A stretch of 44,632 nt of DNA from Alphaproteobacteria bacterium (lineage in GTDB: Bacteria > Pseudomonadota > Alphaproteobacteria > Caulobacterales > Aquidulcibacteraceae): the NCBI GenBank assembly GCA_027484265.1, contig JAIXTH010000233.1:1-44632 (forward strand), in the 5' to 3' direction. This document shows, one piece after another, positions 16,904 to 25,164 of this stretch; the stretch's first letter is position 1; each line of letters begins with the position of its first letter. Below the pieces are notes generated by a model that searched no databases, was not told where the DNA came from, and was given only the letters and a program-made list of their open reading frames with translations. The position numbers were made by a program, and so were the translations under genes.

Positions 16904-17689
16904 TTAAGTGCCACCTTTCCGGAGGTTCAAGGCCGCGGCCAGCTGGGCGCGATGCTGCGGGTTGCCAGGCTCCCAATAGCCCATCCACGTCGAGCCAAGC
17001 AGACAGCCCCGGATCACCCCCGCCATGCTGTCCTGTCCGGACAGCAATGTGGGCAGACGCTGTACAAATTGCTCGCCGTCTTCGTCGAGCCACACGCCGA
17101 GCTGCACCCGCGCCGCGTGGTCTTCCGCCGTGAGGCTGCCATCGTCCGATCGCGCCAATCTTTCCTTCAGCATGGCTGCAAAAGCTGCGGGATCCACCGG
17201 CACGCCGCCGAACCGCGCCCATGCATAGCCACCAACAGACATTCCAGCCTGAAACTGGATCGCGCTGACCGACAACACGTCAGCTACGTCCGCCAGATTC
17301 CTGACCAGAACGCTGCCCCACCCCTGGCCCTGCATTTGCTCGTGAAGCTGGATCAATCCGGCTTCGAGGATGAGTTCACTGTTGAGTCTGTAGAACCCGA
17401 TCACGATCCAGAGTGCGGGCTGTTCCATCAATCCGAGAACTTCGATCTGAAGATAGGGCAGTGGTGACGCACCGTCGGTTCGCAGAATGATCCTGGCGGA
17501 AACCCGCAGCGCTAGCTGACTGGGAAGGCCACGGGTCATGGTTCCGACAAGACCTTTCGCGCTAACCTGCTCCGTCCGAAAGAAGGTTCTGATGCTGCCA
17601 AAAGTCTCTCCGGATATCCGCTGCTCGCCTTTGTGCGCAAGCACATCCGGCCCCCACTCGCAGGGGAACGTAGAGAACGGACAGGTCAT
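16904..17689 (-). CDS. Hypothetical protein with a GNAT-like acetyltransferase core and an unknown C-terminal extension of about 90 aa
   Basis: 261-aa ORF. A motif-A-like segment (LHEQMQGQGWGSVLVRNLADVA) resembles Q/R-x-x-G-x-G/A. A motif-B-like segment (GGYAWARFGGVPV) is also present. Many A/T-ending codons (TGT, TCT, AAA, ACT, TTT, AGA, GTT, CTA, ATT, TAT, GAA) contrast with neighbouring genes. GAGGA lies unusually close to the ATG, so the start is uncertain. Confidence 0.55.
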   Translation of the reverse strand: MTCPFSTFPCEWGPDVLAHKGEQRISGETFGSIRTFFRTEQVSAKGLVGTMTRGLPSQLALRVSARIILRTDGASPLPYLQIEVLGLMEQPALWIVIGFYRLNSELILEAGLIQLHEQMQGQGWGSVLVRNLADVADVLSVSAIQFQAGMSVGGYAWARFGGVPVDPAAFAAMLKERLARSDDGSLTAEDHAARVQLGVWLDEDGEQFVQRLPTLLSGQDSMAGVIRGCLLGSTWMGYWEPGNPQHRAQLAAALNLRKGGT

Positions 17690-17779
17690 ATCCTCATCTT
17701 AAGGAAGAATTACAGCCCGATCAATCTTGTTTGGCTCGCCAGCCGCCAGATCGAGAGCTTCCAAGTCCGATCCCCGGCT

Positions 17780-20170
17780 TTACCCCCGCAGGCTTGCGCC
17801 CTGTTTGGTGGCGGCGGCCACGATCTTCTGGCCAAGGGCCTCGATCTCGGCGTCGGTGAGGGTGGCGGCCTGCGGCTGGATCCTGGCCTCCAGCGCCAGC
17901 GACACGTGGCCGTCCGGCACGCCGGGGCCGGCATAGCGGTCAAACACGCTCACGCCGGCGATCAGGCTCTTGTCGGCATTGGCGACAGCCCGGGTCAGGT
18001 CGCCGGCGGCGGTGCCCTGCGGCACCACGAAGGCGAAGTCGCGCGACAGCGGCTGGTACGGGCTGAGGGTCAGCTTGGGCTTGGCCTTGCCAACCTTGGT
18101 CTTCGCGGGCGGGATCGCCTCGAGGAACAGCTCGAAACCTAGCACCGGGCCGTCCACGCCCATGGCCTTCAGCACCCGCGGATGCAGCTCGCCGAACTCG
18201 GCGATCACCGTCTTCGGCCCCATGCGCACCGTGCCCGAGCGGCCCGGATGCCACCAGCTGCGTGCACCCTGCACCACCTGCATGCCGGCAACCGGTGCGC
18301 CCAGAGCTTCCAGCACGCCCATCAGATCGGCCTTGACCGAGAACACATCCGGCGCAGCCTCACCGGCCCAGTGCCGCTCGGCACCCCGGGTCACGGCCGC
18401 CAGCACGGTCTGCTGGTCGCCCGGTGCATCGCCCGCATAGACCGGCCCGGCCTCGAACAGCGCCAGCCGCCCGAAACCCCGGTCGGCATTGCGCTGGCTG
18501 GCGAGGATCAGGTGGATCAGCGCCGAGGGACGCATGCAATCGAGATCGCTGGCGATCGGATTGGCCAGCAGCAGCGGGCCACCGCCCTGCGGGGCGCCGA
18601 ACAGCTCGCAGATGGCGCGCTGGGCAAAGCTCCAGGTGACGGCCTCGCTCCAGCCAAGGCCCGCGAGCGTGCGGCGTGCGATCCGCACGCGCTGCTGGCG
18701 CGGAGTCTCGGTGGGCAGCTTGCGCCCGGCGCGCTGGGGCAGCGGGGTCTGCGGCAGATGGTCGAAACCGGCGATGCGGGCGATATCCTCCACCAGGTCG
18801 GCAGGCCCCTCAACATCGCGCCGCCAGCTGGGCATCGCCACCCGATAGCGGCCCTCCCCCAGCGCCTCGGGCGTGAAGCCCAGCGTGGTCAGGATCCGCA
18901 CCTGCTCGGCCTCGGGCACGTCCATGCCGGTGAGGCGCCAGGTGGCGGCCAGATCGAACACCACCGGCGCGCGGCCAGCGGGCACAGCGCCGTCCATCAC
19001 CACATCGGAGGCCTCGCCGCCGCACAGATCGAGGATCAGGCGGGTGGCGAGTTCCAGCCCGGGCAGCATGAAGCCCGGGTCGACGCCGCGCTCGAAACGA
19101 TAGCGGGCGTCGGAGACGATCCCGGTGGCCCGGCCGGTCTGGAACATGTTGAGCGGGGTCCACAGTGCGCTTTCCAGGAACACATCGGTGGTGTCGTCGG
19201 TGCAGCCGGTGGGCTCGCCGCCCATGATGCCGCTGATCGACACCACACCAGTGTCATCGGCGATCACGCAGTCGGCCGGGCGCAGGGCATAGGTCTTGCC
19301 GTCCAGCGCCGTCAGGCTCTCGCCGTCGCGGCCCATGCGGATAACCAGGCCACCGGTCAGCTTGCCGGCATCAAACACGTGCAGCGGGCGGGCGCGGTCG
19401 TAGGACAACAGGTTGGTCACATCCACCAGCGCACTGATCGGGCGCAGGCCAATGGCCCGCAGCCGGTCCTGCAGCCACTGCGGGCTCGGGCCGTTCTTCA
19501 CGCCGCGGATCAGGCGCCCGGCAAAGGCCGGGCAGGCCTGCGGGCTGTCGATCCGCACACTGACGGGGCAGGGGAAGCTGCCGGGCACCGGGGTGACCGG
19601 CGCAGTCCTGACGGTGCCCAGGCCAGCGGCGGCCAGCTCGCGCGCAATCCCGTCCACGCCGAGCCAGTCAGGCCGGTTGGGGGTCACTTCGAAGTCGATC
19701 ACAGCATCGGCGAGGCCCAGCGCCTCGGCCGCCGCCGTGCCCACCGCCAGCGCACCATCCAGCTCGAGGATGCCGTCGCTCTCGTCTGCCGTCTCCAGCT
19801 CGGCGGCCGAGCACAGCATGCCGTTCGACACCACGCCGCGCACCGCGCGCGGCTCCAGCGTGATGCCGCTGCCGGGAATGAAGGTGCCCAGCGGCGCATA
19901 GATCGTGGTCAGGCCGGGCCGGGCGTTGGGCGCGCCGCACACGATTTCCTTGCGGCCGTCGCGGGTATCGACCTGGCAGACCCGCAGCCGGTCGGCGTTG
20001 GGGTGCTGCACCGCTTCCACGATCTTCGCCACGGAGAAGGCCGCCAGCTTCTCGGCTGGATTGTCGACATGCTCCACTTCCAGCCCGGCCATGGTCATGG
20101 CGTCGAGAATGGCCGGCAGGTCTGCGCCGGTGTCGAGGTGGTCCTTGAGCCAGGAGAGGGTGAACTTCAT
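17780..20170 (-). CDS. pheT: Phenylalanine--tRNA ligase beta subunit
   Basis: 796 aa. [14 protein letters not shown]... matches the canonical PheT N-terminus. The tRNA-binding, B3/4, B5 and FDX-ACB domain order is recognisable. Confidence 0.97.
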   Translation of the reverse strand: MKFTLSWLKDHLDTGADLPAILDAMTMAGLEVEHVDNPAEKLAAFSVAKIVEAVQHPNADRLRVCQVDTRDGRKEIVCGAPNARPGLTTIYAPLGTFIPGSGITLEPRAVRGVVSNGMLCSAAELETADESDGILELDGALAVGTAAAEALGLADAVIDFEVTPNRPDWLGVDGIARELAAAGLGTVRTAPVTPVPGSFPCPVSVRIDSPQACPAFAGRLIRGVKNGPSPQWLQDRLRAIGLRPISALVDVTNLLSYDRARPLHVFDAGKLTGGLVIRMGRDGESLTALDGKTYALRPADCVIADDTGVVSISGIMGGEPTGCTDDTTDVFLESALWTPLNMFQTGRATGIVSDARYRFERGVDPGFMLPGLELATRLILDLCGGEASDVVMDGAVPAGRAPVVFDLAATWRLTGMDVPEAEQVRILTTLGFTPEALGEGRYRVAMPSWRRDVEGPADLVEDIARIAGFDHLPQTPLPQRAGRKLPTETPRQQRVRIARRTLAGLGWSEAVTWSFAQRAICELFGAPQGGGPLLLANPIASDLDCMRPSALIHLILASQRNADRGFGRLALFEAGPVYAGDAPGDQQTVLAAVTRGAERHWAGEAAPDVFSVKADLMGVLEALGAPVAGMQVVQGARSWWHPGRSGTVRMGPKTVIAEFGELHPRVLKAMGVDGPVLGFELFLEAIPPAKTKVGKAKPKLTLSPYQPLSRDFAFVVPQGTAAGDLTRAVANADKSLIAGVSVFDRYAGPGVPDGHVSLALEARIQPQAATLTDAEIEALGQKIVAAATKQGASLRG

Positions 20171-20234
20171 GGGAAAGCGGTCCTTGGTGCGCCGCGCTTG
20201 TGGCCTCCGGCACGCCCAATCGCAACCCGCCCGC

Positions 20235-20645
20235 TCAGTCTGCCCGGGCGAGAACCAGCCCGGACGGCAGCGCCCGGGCCAATCGGCGATCCTCGGTCAC
20301 GAAGCGAGCGCCGCAAGCCAAAGCATGTCCTGCCAACAGAGCGTCGATCGTCGCAAGGCTCTGGCCTTTCGATCTCGCCTCTGCAGACAGTTGGGCAGCG
20401 GCCACGGCTGCTTCAGGGGTGAAGTCGACCTGAACCCACGGGCCGGACATCAAAGCCTCTAGCGATTGCTTGGATTCCGCCTCACGGGCGCGACCGATCA
20501 CACCTAACTCCAACTCGTAGCGGCATAGCGACGACATCAAGACGGTTGCTCGTGTCGCGCCGCGTACAAGATCGCGCAGCCAGAGACGTGCATCGGCAGA
20601 TCGGATGACGGAAATCCAGATGTTGGTGTCTGGCAGAACCAACAC
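20235..20645 (-). CDS. vapC: Type II toxin-antitoxin system VapC family toxin (PIN domain)
   Basis: The PIN acidic residues sit in typical contexts ([32 protein letters not shown]). I prefer the GTG start at 20645, 2 nt after the vapB stop. The track start (GTG at 20669) would overlap vapB by 22 nt. Confidence 0.85.
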   Translation of the reverse strand: MLVLPDTNIWISVIRSADARLWLRDLVRGATRATVLMSSLCRYELELGVIGRAREAESKQSLEALMSGPWVQVDFTPEAAVAAAQLSAEARSKGQSLATIDALLAGHALACGARFVTEDRRLARALPSGLVLARAD

Positions 20646-20647
20646 AG

Positions 20648-20890
20648 TTAGATTTCCTTGGCTGGCCACTGTGACCGATCAAGCTCTACGTGAAACCAGC
20701 TATCGTCCTGCACCTGGCTCATGCGTTCAAGCCAGTCATCAAACCTGCGGTCCGCGTCGGCCTCGATATCGGACAGCGCCTTGGCGATGGTGTCGTGGAC
20801 CGCCTGGGTCATGCTGATGCCGCGGTGACGTGCGAGTTCTGCCACCATCCGGCAGGTATCAGGATCACTGATCTTGAGCGCGTGACCCAT
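20648..20890 (-). CDS. vapB: Type II antitoxin VapB (Rv0623/PSK-like transcription factor family)
   Basis: 80 aa. ALKISDPDTCRMVAELARHRGISMTQAVHDTIAKAL resembles the Rv0623-like antitoxin N-terminus. GGAGA lies 6 nt upstream of the ATG. The gene sits directly upstream of the PIN gene. Confidence 0.8.
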   Translation of the reverse strand: MGHALKISDPDTCRMVAELARHRGISMTQAVHDTIAKALSDIEADADRRFDDWLERMSQVQDDSWFHVELDRSQWPAKEI

Positions 20891-20916
20891 GGGCCGTCTC
20901 CATGCTGCAGAGCCCC

Positions 20917-20944
20917 ATACTAGCGTCGGCTTCCTGACAGGGAA
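20917..20944 (-). promoter_or_regulatory. Candidate vapBC promoter -10 element with an adjacent operator-like palindrome
   Basis: On the minus strand, TAGTAT (20922-20917) lies about 30 nt upstream of the vapB ATG. An imperfect palindrome (TTCCTGACAGGGAA, 20931-20944) lies just upstream of it. Autoregulated TA operators are typically such inverted repeats. Confidence 0.3.
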
Positions 20945-20969
20945 AGGGAGAACCCGTCCTGGCGGCGCG

Positions 20970-21119
20970 TCAGGCTGAATGCTGCGGGACCAACGCTGCT
21001 GCCTTGCCCCAAAGCGTCATGATCAGGCGGGAGCCGGCGATCAGGAGCAAGCCTGCCACTGTGAAGCCAATCAGGAAGCCCATCAGGCCCGGGGCGGTCT
21101 TGGGCGATGAGGGCTGCAT
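20970..21119 (-). CDS. Small hydrophobic protein (49 aa, one predicted TM helix)
   Basis: MQPSSPKTAPGLMGFLIGFTVAGLLLIAGSRLIMTLWGKAAALVPQHSA. GGAG lies 8 nt upstream of the ATG at 21117-21119. This is the only part of track ORF 20970..21410 that does not overlap the upstream gene. Confidence 0.35.
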   Translation of the reverse strand: MQPSSPKTAPGLMGFLIGFTVAGLLLIAGSRLIMTLWGKAAALVPQHSA

Positions 21120-21192
21120 GGACTGATCTCCGTGGCGGCGCAGGACTGCCTGTGGCTGGCGCATCAGCTCACAGTGGCCGGGGAACGGCAAG

Positions 21193-22059
21193 TTACGGTT
21201 TGGACAGCCACGCGCGGGCGCTGCGCGCTTCCTCGGCCAGGATCGCGTCCGGATTGGCGATGGCAGAGGGGTCGAGGACCTCGCCAAGCCTGAATCGCTC
21301 GGCCTCCACCAACAGGTCAGGGCCCCAGGTCCCTTGGCTGCGAAACCACGCCTCGTGAACCGCGCGCCAGTACGCGAGGCTGCCATCACCCTCGCCCTCG
21401 GCGGCGGCAAACCCGGCGGTGATGGCGTCGAACGGCACGGCTTCCACCGCAGTGGTCTCGATCACGCACACCGGCTCTGCCTGGCCGTCCACCACCAGCC
21501 AGCGCTCGCCTGGCGTGCTCTCGGTGGCGATGCCGTTATAGGTGTCGGCGGTGGCCTGCTTGACGCCGATGGCCACCAGCCGGGCCAGCTGGGTCCTTAG
21601 CGGCGGACTGCTGCCGAAGGTGCAGGTCTTCAGGTCCTGCCACCAGGCCTCGGGGCGGCGGCAGACGGCGGCGATCTTGTTGCCCGCCGGATCGCGCACA
21701 TAGGCACCGTAGTAGTCGGCGCCATAGTGCGGGCGCAGGCCTGGCGGCCCTTCGCACCGGCCGCCCTGCTCCAGCGCCCTGGCGTGAAAGTCGCGCACGG
21801 CGGCCCGGGTCGGGGCGCTGAAGGCGAGGGTGCTGCCATTGCCCGCGCTGGCCGCCTGTCCGTCAGCTGGGCGGCACAGCCAGAAGCCCGGCTGCGTGGC
21901 TGGCCCCAACGGTGCCTGCCCGTGCCTCTGCCAGCACAGCCAACCATCCTGCTCCACATTGTCCCATGTCCGCACAAGCCCCAGCGGTGCCAGCACGGCA
22001 TCATAGAACAGCCCGCCCAGGGCCAGGTCGTCCGTGCCGAGGGTGAGGTGGTGGATCAT
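21193..22059 (-). CDS. VOC (glyoxalase/bleomycin-resistance fold) - ASCH domain fusion protein
   Basis: 288 aa in one continuous frame. The N-terminal ~135 aa are VOC-like (MIHHLTLGTDDL...FYDAVLAPLG...YGAYVRDPAGNKI). The C-terminal ~150 aa are ASCH-like (FGSSPPLRTQLARLVAIGVKQATA...GERWLVVDGQAEPVCVIETTAVEAVPFDAITAGFAAAEGEGDGSLAYWRAVHEAWF). It starts 19 nt after the pheS stop and has no obvious SD. Confidence 0.8.
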   Translation of the reverse strand: MIHHLTLGTDDLALGGLFYDAVLAPLGLVRTWDNVEQDGWLCWQRHGQAPLGPATQPGFWLCRPADGQAASAGNGSTLAFSAPTRAAVRDFHARALEQGGRCEGPPGLRPHYGADYYGAYVRDPAGNKIAAVCRRPEAWWQDLKTCTFGSSPPLRTQLARLVAIGVKQATADTYNGIATESTPGERWLVVDGQAEPVCVIETTAVEAVPFDAITAGFAAAEGEGDGSLAYWRAVHEAWFRSQGTWGPDLLVEAERFRLGEVLDPSAIANPDAILAEEARSARAWLSKP

Positions 22060-22078
22060 GGGCTGCAGCTGGCTGCCG

Positions 22079-23155
22079 TCAGCTCAAGCCGGTCGCCAGG
22101 TTCGGCTGCACCGTGGGCGTGAAGCCGTAGTGGTCGATCCAGCGGACGTCGGCGGCGAACATGTCGCGCAGGTCCGGGATGCCGTATTTCAGCATCGCCA
22201 GCCGGTCGATGCCCATGCCGAAGGCAAAGCCCTGGTGCACATCCGGGTCGATGCCGCAGGCGCGCAGCACATTGGGATGCACCATGCCGCAGCCCAGTAT
22301 CTCGAGCCACGAGCTGCCGGTGCCGATGCGGATCTGGCCGCCCGACCGGTCGCAGCGCACATCCATCTCGGCCGAGGGCTCGGTGAAGGGGAAGTGGTGA
22401 GGGCGGAACCGCACTTCCACGTCATCCACCTCGAAGAAGGCGCGCATGAACTCCATCAGCACGCCCTTGAGGTGGCCCATATGGATGCCCTCCTCGATCA
22501 CCAGGCCCTCGATCTGGTGGAACATCGGCGTGTGGGTCTGGTCGCTGTCACAGCGGAAGGTGCGGCCGGGCGCGGTGATACGGATCGGCGGCTTCTGCGA
22601 CAGCATGGTGCGGACCTGCACCGGGCTGGTGTGGGTGCGCAGCAGCATGCGGCTGCCGTCTTCCTTCTCGTTGAAGAAGAAGGTGTCGTGCATGTCGCGC
22701 GCCGGGTGCTTCTCGGGGAAGTTCAGGGCGGTGAAATTGTGGAAGTCGTCCTCGATGTCGGGACCCTCGGCCACGGCGAAGCCCATGTCGGCGAAGATCG
22801 CCTGCACTTCCTCGAACACCTGCATGACCGGATGCACCGAGCCCTTGAGGCGCGGGCGGGCAGGCAGGGTGACGTCCACCCGCTCGGCCATCAGCCGCGC
22901 ATCCAGCGCCGCTTCGGCCAGCACTGCCTTGCGGGCGGCGATCAGGTCAGTCAGGCGCACCTTGAGGCCGTTGATCGCCGGGCCCGCCAGCTGCCGCTCC
23001 TCCGGGCTCATGCCGCCCAGCCCCTTCAGCAGCTCGGACACCGAGCCCTTCTTGCCCAGCGCCGCCACCCGCACAGCCTCCAGCGCCGCTTCGTCGGCAG
23101 CGGTTTCCACGGCGGCGGTGAGTTCGGTTTCAAGGGTTGCGATATTGGTGGTCAT
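22079..23155 (-). CDS. pheS: Phenylalanine--tRNA ligase alpha subunit
   Basis: From the ATG at 23153-23155 the protein reads [16 protein letters not shown]... It has class II aaRS motifs ([44 protein letters not shown]). The track start at 23275 is an extension. Confidence 0.97.
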   Translation of the reverse strand: MTTNIATLETELTAAVETAADEAALEAVRVAALGKKGSVSELLKGLGGMSPEERQLAGPAINGLKVRLTDLIAARKAVLAEAALDARLMAERVDVTLPARPRLKGSVHPVMQVFEEVQAIFADMGFAVAEGPDIEDDFHNFTALNFPEKHPARDMHDTFFFNEKEDGSRMLLRTHTSPVQVRTMLSQKPPIRITAPGRTFRCDSDQTHTPMFHQIEGLVIEEGIHMGHLKGVLMEFMRAFFEVDDVEVRFRPHHFPFTEPSAEMDVRCDRSGGQIRIGTGSSWLEILGCGMVHPNVLRACGIDPDVHQGFAFGMGIDRLAMLKYGIPDLRDMFAADVRWIDHYGFTPTVQPNLATGLS

Positions 23156-23538
23156 GCGGGGAAGTCCGGTCAGAAGTCCGGTCGCATAGCGCGGCTGTCC
23201 GCGCGAGGCCACTCTCGGCCTGCAGATGCCTGTCCTGCGGCTTTGCGAAACGTCCTGTATCGAACCTGCACCCATCCCGCGTGCGATTGCGCGGCCCTCA
23301 CTGTTGCGACAAAACGGTCCGGTCGCCCGTTGTGTGGGAGGCGGAGGGTTCTGATGTGGTGGATGCGGCTGGGGCAGGACCGGCTGGCCCGGTGAAGGGC
23401 AGCGCGGGGGGCGAAGCGGGCGCCACAGCCAATGCGGCTGTTACCTTGCAAGACCTGCCCGCTGGCGTGCCTGCCGAGGAGCGGGGCGCTCTGGCAGGCC
23501 GCGATGGCACACTGGGCGGCCCGCAGGGGGTGCTCGAA

Positions 23539-25155
23539 ATGGCGCCGCCGCTCCTGTCGATCCTGGTCTTCCTGGCCGGGGTCGCGCTCCTCGCCTCGGC
23601 AGCGCAGCCTGCACTTCCCGACCGTCTCGACGCCCTGCTCGCAGCCTGGCCGCTGGCGGCGGTGGAACTGTCTCACTTCCTGGCCTCGATCATTGGGGTA
23701 CTGCTGCTGTTCGTGGCGTCGGGACTGTGGCGCAGGCGCGAGGGCGCTTGGGCGATGACCATCGGTCTGCTGCTGGCCGGGGCAGTGTTCTCGCTGGTCA
23801 AGGCGCTGGATTGGGAGGAGGCATCGCTGCTGGCTGCCATTGCGGTCGCCATGCTGCCACTGCGTGCGGCGTTCTTCCGGCAGTCGCGGATCATGGGGCG
23901 CGGACCCAGTCTCGCCTGGCTGGCGGCAGTCATCGCGGTACTGGTTGCGGCCGTCTGGCTGATGATGGTCTCGCATGGAAACGCGGCGTTCCGGGAAGAT
24001 GTGTGGTGGACGATTGCCGGCGATGCCGACATATCGCGATCTGTCCGGGCGATGATTGGAGCCTGCGTGCTCGGGCTTCTGGTGTTCGCCCTTGCAGCTG
24101 TAAGCCCGTCTGCGCGGGAGCAGGCGCGCGACCGGGGCGGGCCGGAGGCTCTGGCGCGGGCCGACGCGATCCTGAAGGCAGGCGGCGGGAGCCGGGGGGA
24201 TGCGTGGCTCATGCACAGCGGCGACAAGTCCTTTGTCTTTGCGCCATCTGGACGATCCTTTGTCATGTATCGCCGCTGGGGCGGGCTCTGGATCGCCATG
24301 GGCGGGCCGGTGGGGCCCGCGGACGACCGGGTGGAGGCCCTGATGGCCTTCCATGCCGCTGCCGATACAGGCAGTGCCAGTCCGGTAGTCTATGCCGCCA
24401 CAGAAGAGCTGCTGCTTCCCTTGATCGACATGGGCTGGTCGGTGCGCAAGATCGGCGAGACCGCTGTGGTGCAGCTCCCGTCCTTCTCCATGGATGGCGC
24501 TGCGCGGTCACGCCTGCGGCAGGTGGTGAGCCGGCTCGGCAAGCGCGACGGCTGGCAGGTGCAGGTGCGCGCCCCAGGGGAAACGGACGACTGGGACGCT
24601 CTGGAACGGGTATCGTCCGACTGGCTGGCCCGACATACCGGGCGCGAGAAGGCTTTCTCCATGGGCCGGTTCGACCGGGCCTTTCTCGCGCGCACCCCGC
24701 TGGCAGTCATGTCGCGGGCCGACACCGGGCCGGTCGCCTTTGCTTCGTTGATGCCATCGCCCGACGGCACGGAAGTGGCAGTGGACCTGATGCGGTCCAG
24801 CTCCGCTGCTCCGCCCAGCAGCATGGACTTCCTCCTGCTCGAAGCCATCCGCTGGGCGAAGGAGGCCGGTTTCGCCAGCTTCGACATTGGCATGACGCCA
24901 CTCGCCGGCCTCAATGCCGCGCGCTACGCCGCCCCAATGGGACGGCTGGGGGCGAGGGTCTTCGCCCTGGGCGACGGCATCTATGGCTTCCAGGGCCTGC
25001 GTGACTACAAGGCCAAGTTCGGCCCGGTCTGGAAACCGGTGTTCATCGCGGCACCGGGCCATGTCTCGCTGCCGCTGGCTCTGACGGCCACTGCGCTCCT
25101 CACGTCGGGCGGCATCGCCGGGATGCTGTGGCGTCCGGCGCGGCAAGCAGCTTGA
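23539..25155 (+). CDS. Phosphatidylglycerol lysyltransferase (MprF C-terminal, DUF2156) domain protein with an N-terminal TM segment of about 6 helices
   Basis: The hydrophobic N-terminal half begins MAPPLLSILVFLAGVALL. The C-terminal half has DUF2156/LPG-synthase motifs (FVFAPSGRSFVMYR, GREKAFSMGRFD, MDFLLLEAIRWAKEAGFASFDIGMTPLAGL, YGFQGLRDYKAKFGPVW). An alternative GTG start at 23356 has GGAGGG 6 nt upstream and would add 61 aa. Confidence 0.8.
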   Translation: MAPPLLSILVFLAGVALLASAAQPALPDRLDALLAAWPLAAVELSHFLASIIGVLLLFVASGLWRRREGAWAMTIGLLLAGAVFSLVKALDWEEASLLAAIAVAMLPLRAAFFRQSRIMGRGPSLAWLAAVIAVLVAAVWLMMVSHGNAAFREDVWWTIAGDADISRSVRAMIGACVLGLLVFALAAVSPSAREQARDRGGPEALARADAILKAGGGSRGDAWLMHSGDKSFVFAPSGRSFVMYRRWGGLWIAMGGPVGPADDRVEALMAFHAAADTGSASPVVYAATEELLLPLIDMGWSVRKIGETAVVQLPSFSMDGAARSRLRQVVSRLGKRDGWQVQVRAPGETDDWDALERVSSDWLARHTGREKAFSMGRFDRAFLARTPLAVMSRADTGPVAFASLMPSPDGTEVAVDLMRSSSAAPPSSMDFLLLEAIRWAKEAGFASFDIGMTPLAGLNAARYAAPMGRLGARVFALGDGIYGFQGLRDYKAKFGPVWKPVFIAAPGHVSLPLALTATALLTSGGIAGMLWRPARQAA

Positions 25156-25164
25156 ACCCGGGCC

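Noticed and set aside
18182-20422. A 746-aa plus-strand ORF antisense to pheT. Similar long antisense ORFs include 9799..11640 (-), 7439..9397 (+), 5154..6437 (-), 27906..29402 (-), 33279..34655 (-), 40088..41629 (-), 42298..44040 (+) and 31056..32459 (-).
   Set aside because: Their translations are dominated by Arg/Ala/Gly/Pro/His runs with no motifs. Each lies opposite a gene with clear family signatures. Long stop-free antisense frames are expected at this GC content.
20970-21410. A 146-aa track ORF spanning the VOC-ASCH 3' end.
   Set aside because: Its upstream two thirds overlap the VOC-ASCH gene in another frame and are Arg/Pro/Ser-rich. I kept only the last 49 codons, which have their own SD and ATG, as a low-confidence small ORF.
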